Source of the DNA: a virus
Taxonomy: Duplodnaviria; Caudoviricetes
IMG/VR virus record: IMGVR_UViG_3300032233_001802
Location: 1-60,839 of that record
DNA: 60,839 nt
Reading direction: 5' to 3' (one strand)
The notes under the pieces were generated by a model. It searched no databases and was not told the DNA's origin. It saw only the letters and a program-made list of their open reading frames with translations. Position 1 is the stretch's first letter. Every line of letters starts with the position of its first letter. Below, one piece after another: positions 59,850 through 60,839 of the stretch. The position numbers were made by a program, and so were the translations under genes.

Positions 59850-60737
59850 ATGGGAACTAGCGTCTATTTTAATAACCAAAGAGCAACCCATGAGCAGTTG
59901 CTCCTTGAAGATTTAATCATTGAATCTATCAAGAATCACGGCATTGATGTTTATTATATGCCGCGCGAATCTCAATCTTCTACCGATGAACTGTTCGGTG
60001 ATGATCCAGTTAAGACTTATAAAACTGCAATTAAACTCGAGATGTATCTTGAGACTTTCCAAGATTATGAAGGTAATAAAGAATTCTTCAGCAAATTTGG
60101 ATTGGAAACTCAAGAAACTGCTCGCCTGTGTATTGCTCGTAGAACTTTTGAAAAACTGGTAATGAGTAGATTCCCAAGTACTCACCATACTCCAAAAGAA
60201 GGCGATTTAATTTATCTTCCAATTCAATATAAACTTATGGAAATTAAGTTTGTTGAAGATGAAAAGAACTTCTTTCAGTTGGGTCGTGACTCTAAGAACC
60301 CATACATGTATGGGATATCGATGGAAGCCTTCAAGTATAATGGCGAACTATTACAAACTGGCGTCGACGAAATTGATCGTATTGGTAATATCCAAGCATA
60401 CGCAACAGACCTCACACTAACAGCTGGCGGAACTGGAACATATAAGATGTATGAAACAGTCTATCAAGGTGCATCGCTTGCTGCCGCAACTGCTAAAGCA
60501 GTTGTTGCTGGTTGGAATAAACCAAATAAAACATTAAAAATTCGTAACGTATTTGGAGCATTTGCTGCTAATACTAATATTATCGGCAGCAAGAGTGGTG
60601 CTGCATGGACACTCGTTTCTACGCCAGATCTATTGAGAAATGTCAATTATGAAAATATTGAAGATAATTCGCGTATCGAAACTGAAGCTGGTAACGTCAT
60701 AGACTTCAGTGAAGTTAACCCATTCGGTACTCCATAA
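59850..60737 (+). CDS. gp14: neck protein
   Basis: ESIKNHGIDVYYMPR, SKFG, PKEGDLIY, FFQLG and DFSEVNPFG motifs. Confidence 0.95.
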   Translation: MGTSVYFNNQRATHEQLLLEDLIIESIKNHGIDVYYMPRESQSSTDELFGDDPVKTYKTAIKLEMYLETFQDYEGNKEFFSKFGLETQETARLCIARRTFEKLVMSRFPSTHHTPKEGDLIYLPIQYKLMEIKFVEDEKNFFQLGRDSKNPYMYGISMEAFKYNGELLQTGVDEIDRIGNIQAYATDLTLTAGGTGTYKMYETVYQGASLAAATAKAVVAGWNKPNKTLKIRNVFGAFAANTNIIGSKSGAAWTLVSTPDLLRNVNYENIEDNSRIETEAGNVIDFSEVNPFGTP

Positions 60738-60839
60738 TGTTTAGTCAGCAGCATTTCTATCATAGAATTATCAGAAAGATGGTTGTGTCATTTGGCACAA
60801 TGTTCAATCAGATAACTCTTGTGCGCTATAATAAAGCAG
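60737..60839 (+). CDS. gp15: tail sheath stabiliser/terminator, 5' part (truncated by window edge)
   Basis: MFSQQHFYHRIIRKMVVSFGTMFNQI; TAATG overlap with gp14. Confidence 0.85.
   Translation, partial: MFSQQHFYHRIIRKMVVSFGTMFNQITLVRYNKA

Noticed and set aside
1-60839. Stop-codon reassignment
   Set aside because: Core genes are full length in the standard code, and TAA, TGA and TAG all end recognisable genes.

Overview
This is a 60.8-kb segment of a large T4-like myovirus (uncultured, aquatic-type gene order), with circumstantial signs of a proteobacterial, possibly alphaproteobacterial, host. (1) 1-10.6 kb, early/middle region: sigma70 promoters, small hypothetical genes, a DenV-like glycosylase, a HAD protein, phoH, an exonuclease, a peroxiredoxin, a rubredoxin, a circularly permuted two-piece tmRNA, a SleB hydrolase, guaC, then gp33, gp59 and gp32. 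(2) 10.6-16.4 kb, minus-strand hub cluster: a GH19-containing hub/tape-measure-like gene, gp51/gp26, gp54-like and gp2, plus an inverted gp4. (3) 16.4-38 kb, baseplate: gp48, 53, 27-like, 5, 25, 6, 7, 8 and a split VrlC-like pair with a Hint domain. (4) 38-59 kb, fibre/adhesin island interleaved with 2OG-Fe(II) oxygenases, glycosyltransferases and a sulfotransferase. (5) Neck genes gp13, gp14 and the start of gp15. The most striking feature is two paralogous repeat proteins whose N- and C-terminal repeat arrays are unit-for-unit complementary around a unique central tip (a protein-level inverted repeat), next to a prolyl-hydroxylase-like gene and a GT60 gene. Also notable: a probable -1 frameshift joining gp26 to gp51, replacement of native gp4 by an inverted homolog, and IHF-consensus boxes at a fixed 19-bp distance from early promoters. 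All calls come from reading the sequence and recalling family motifs; no database searches were run.
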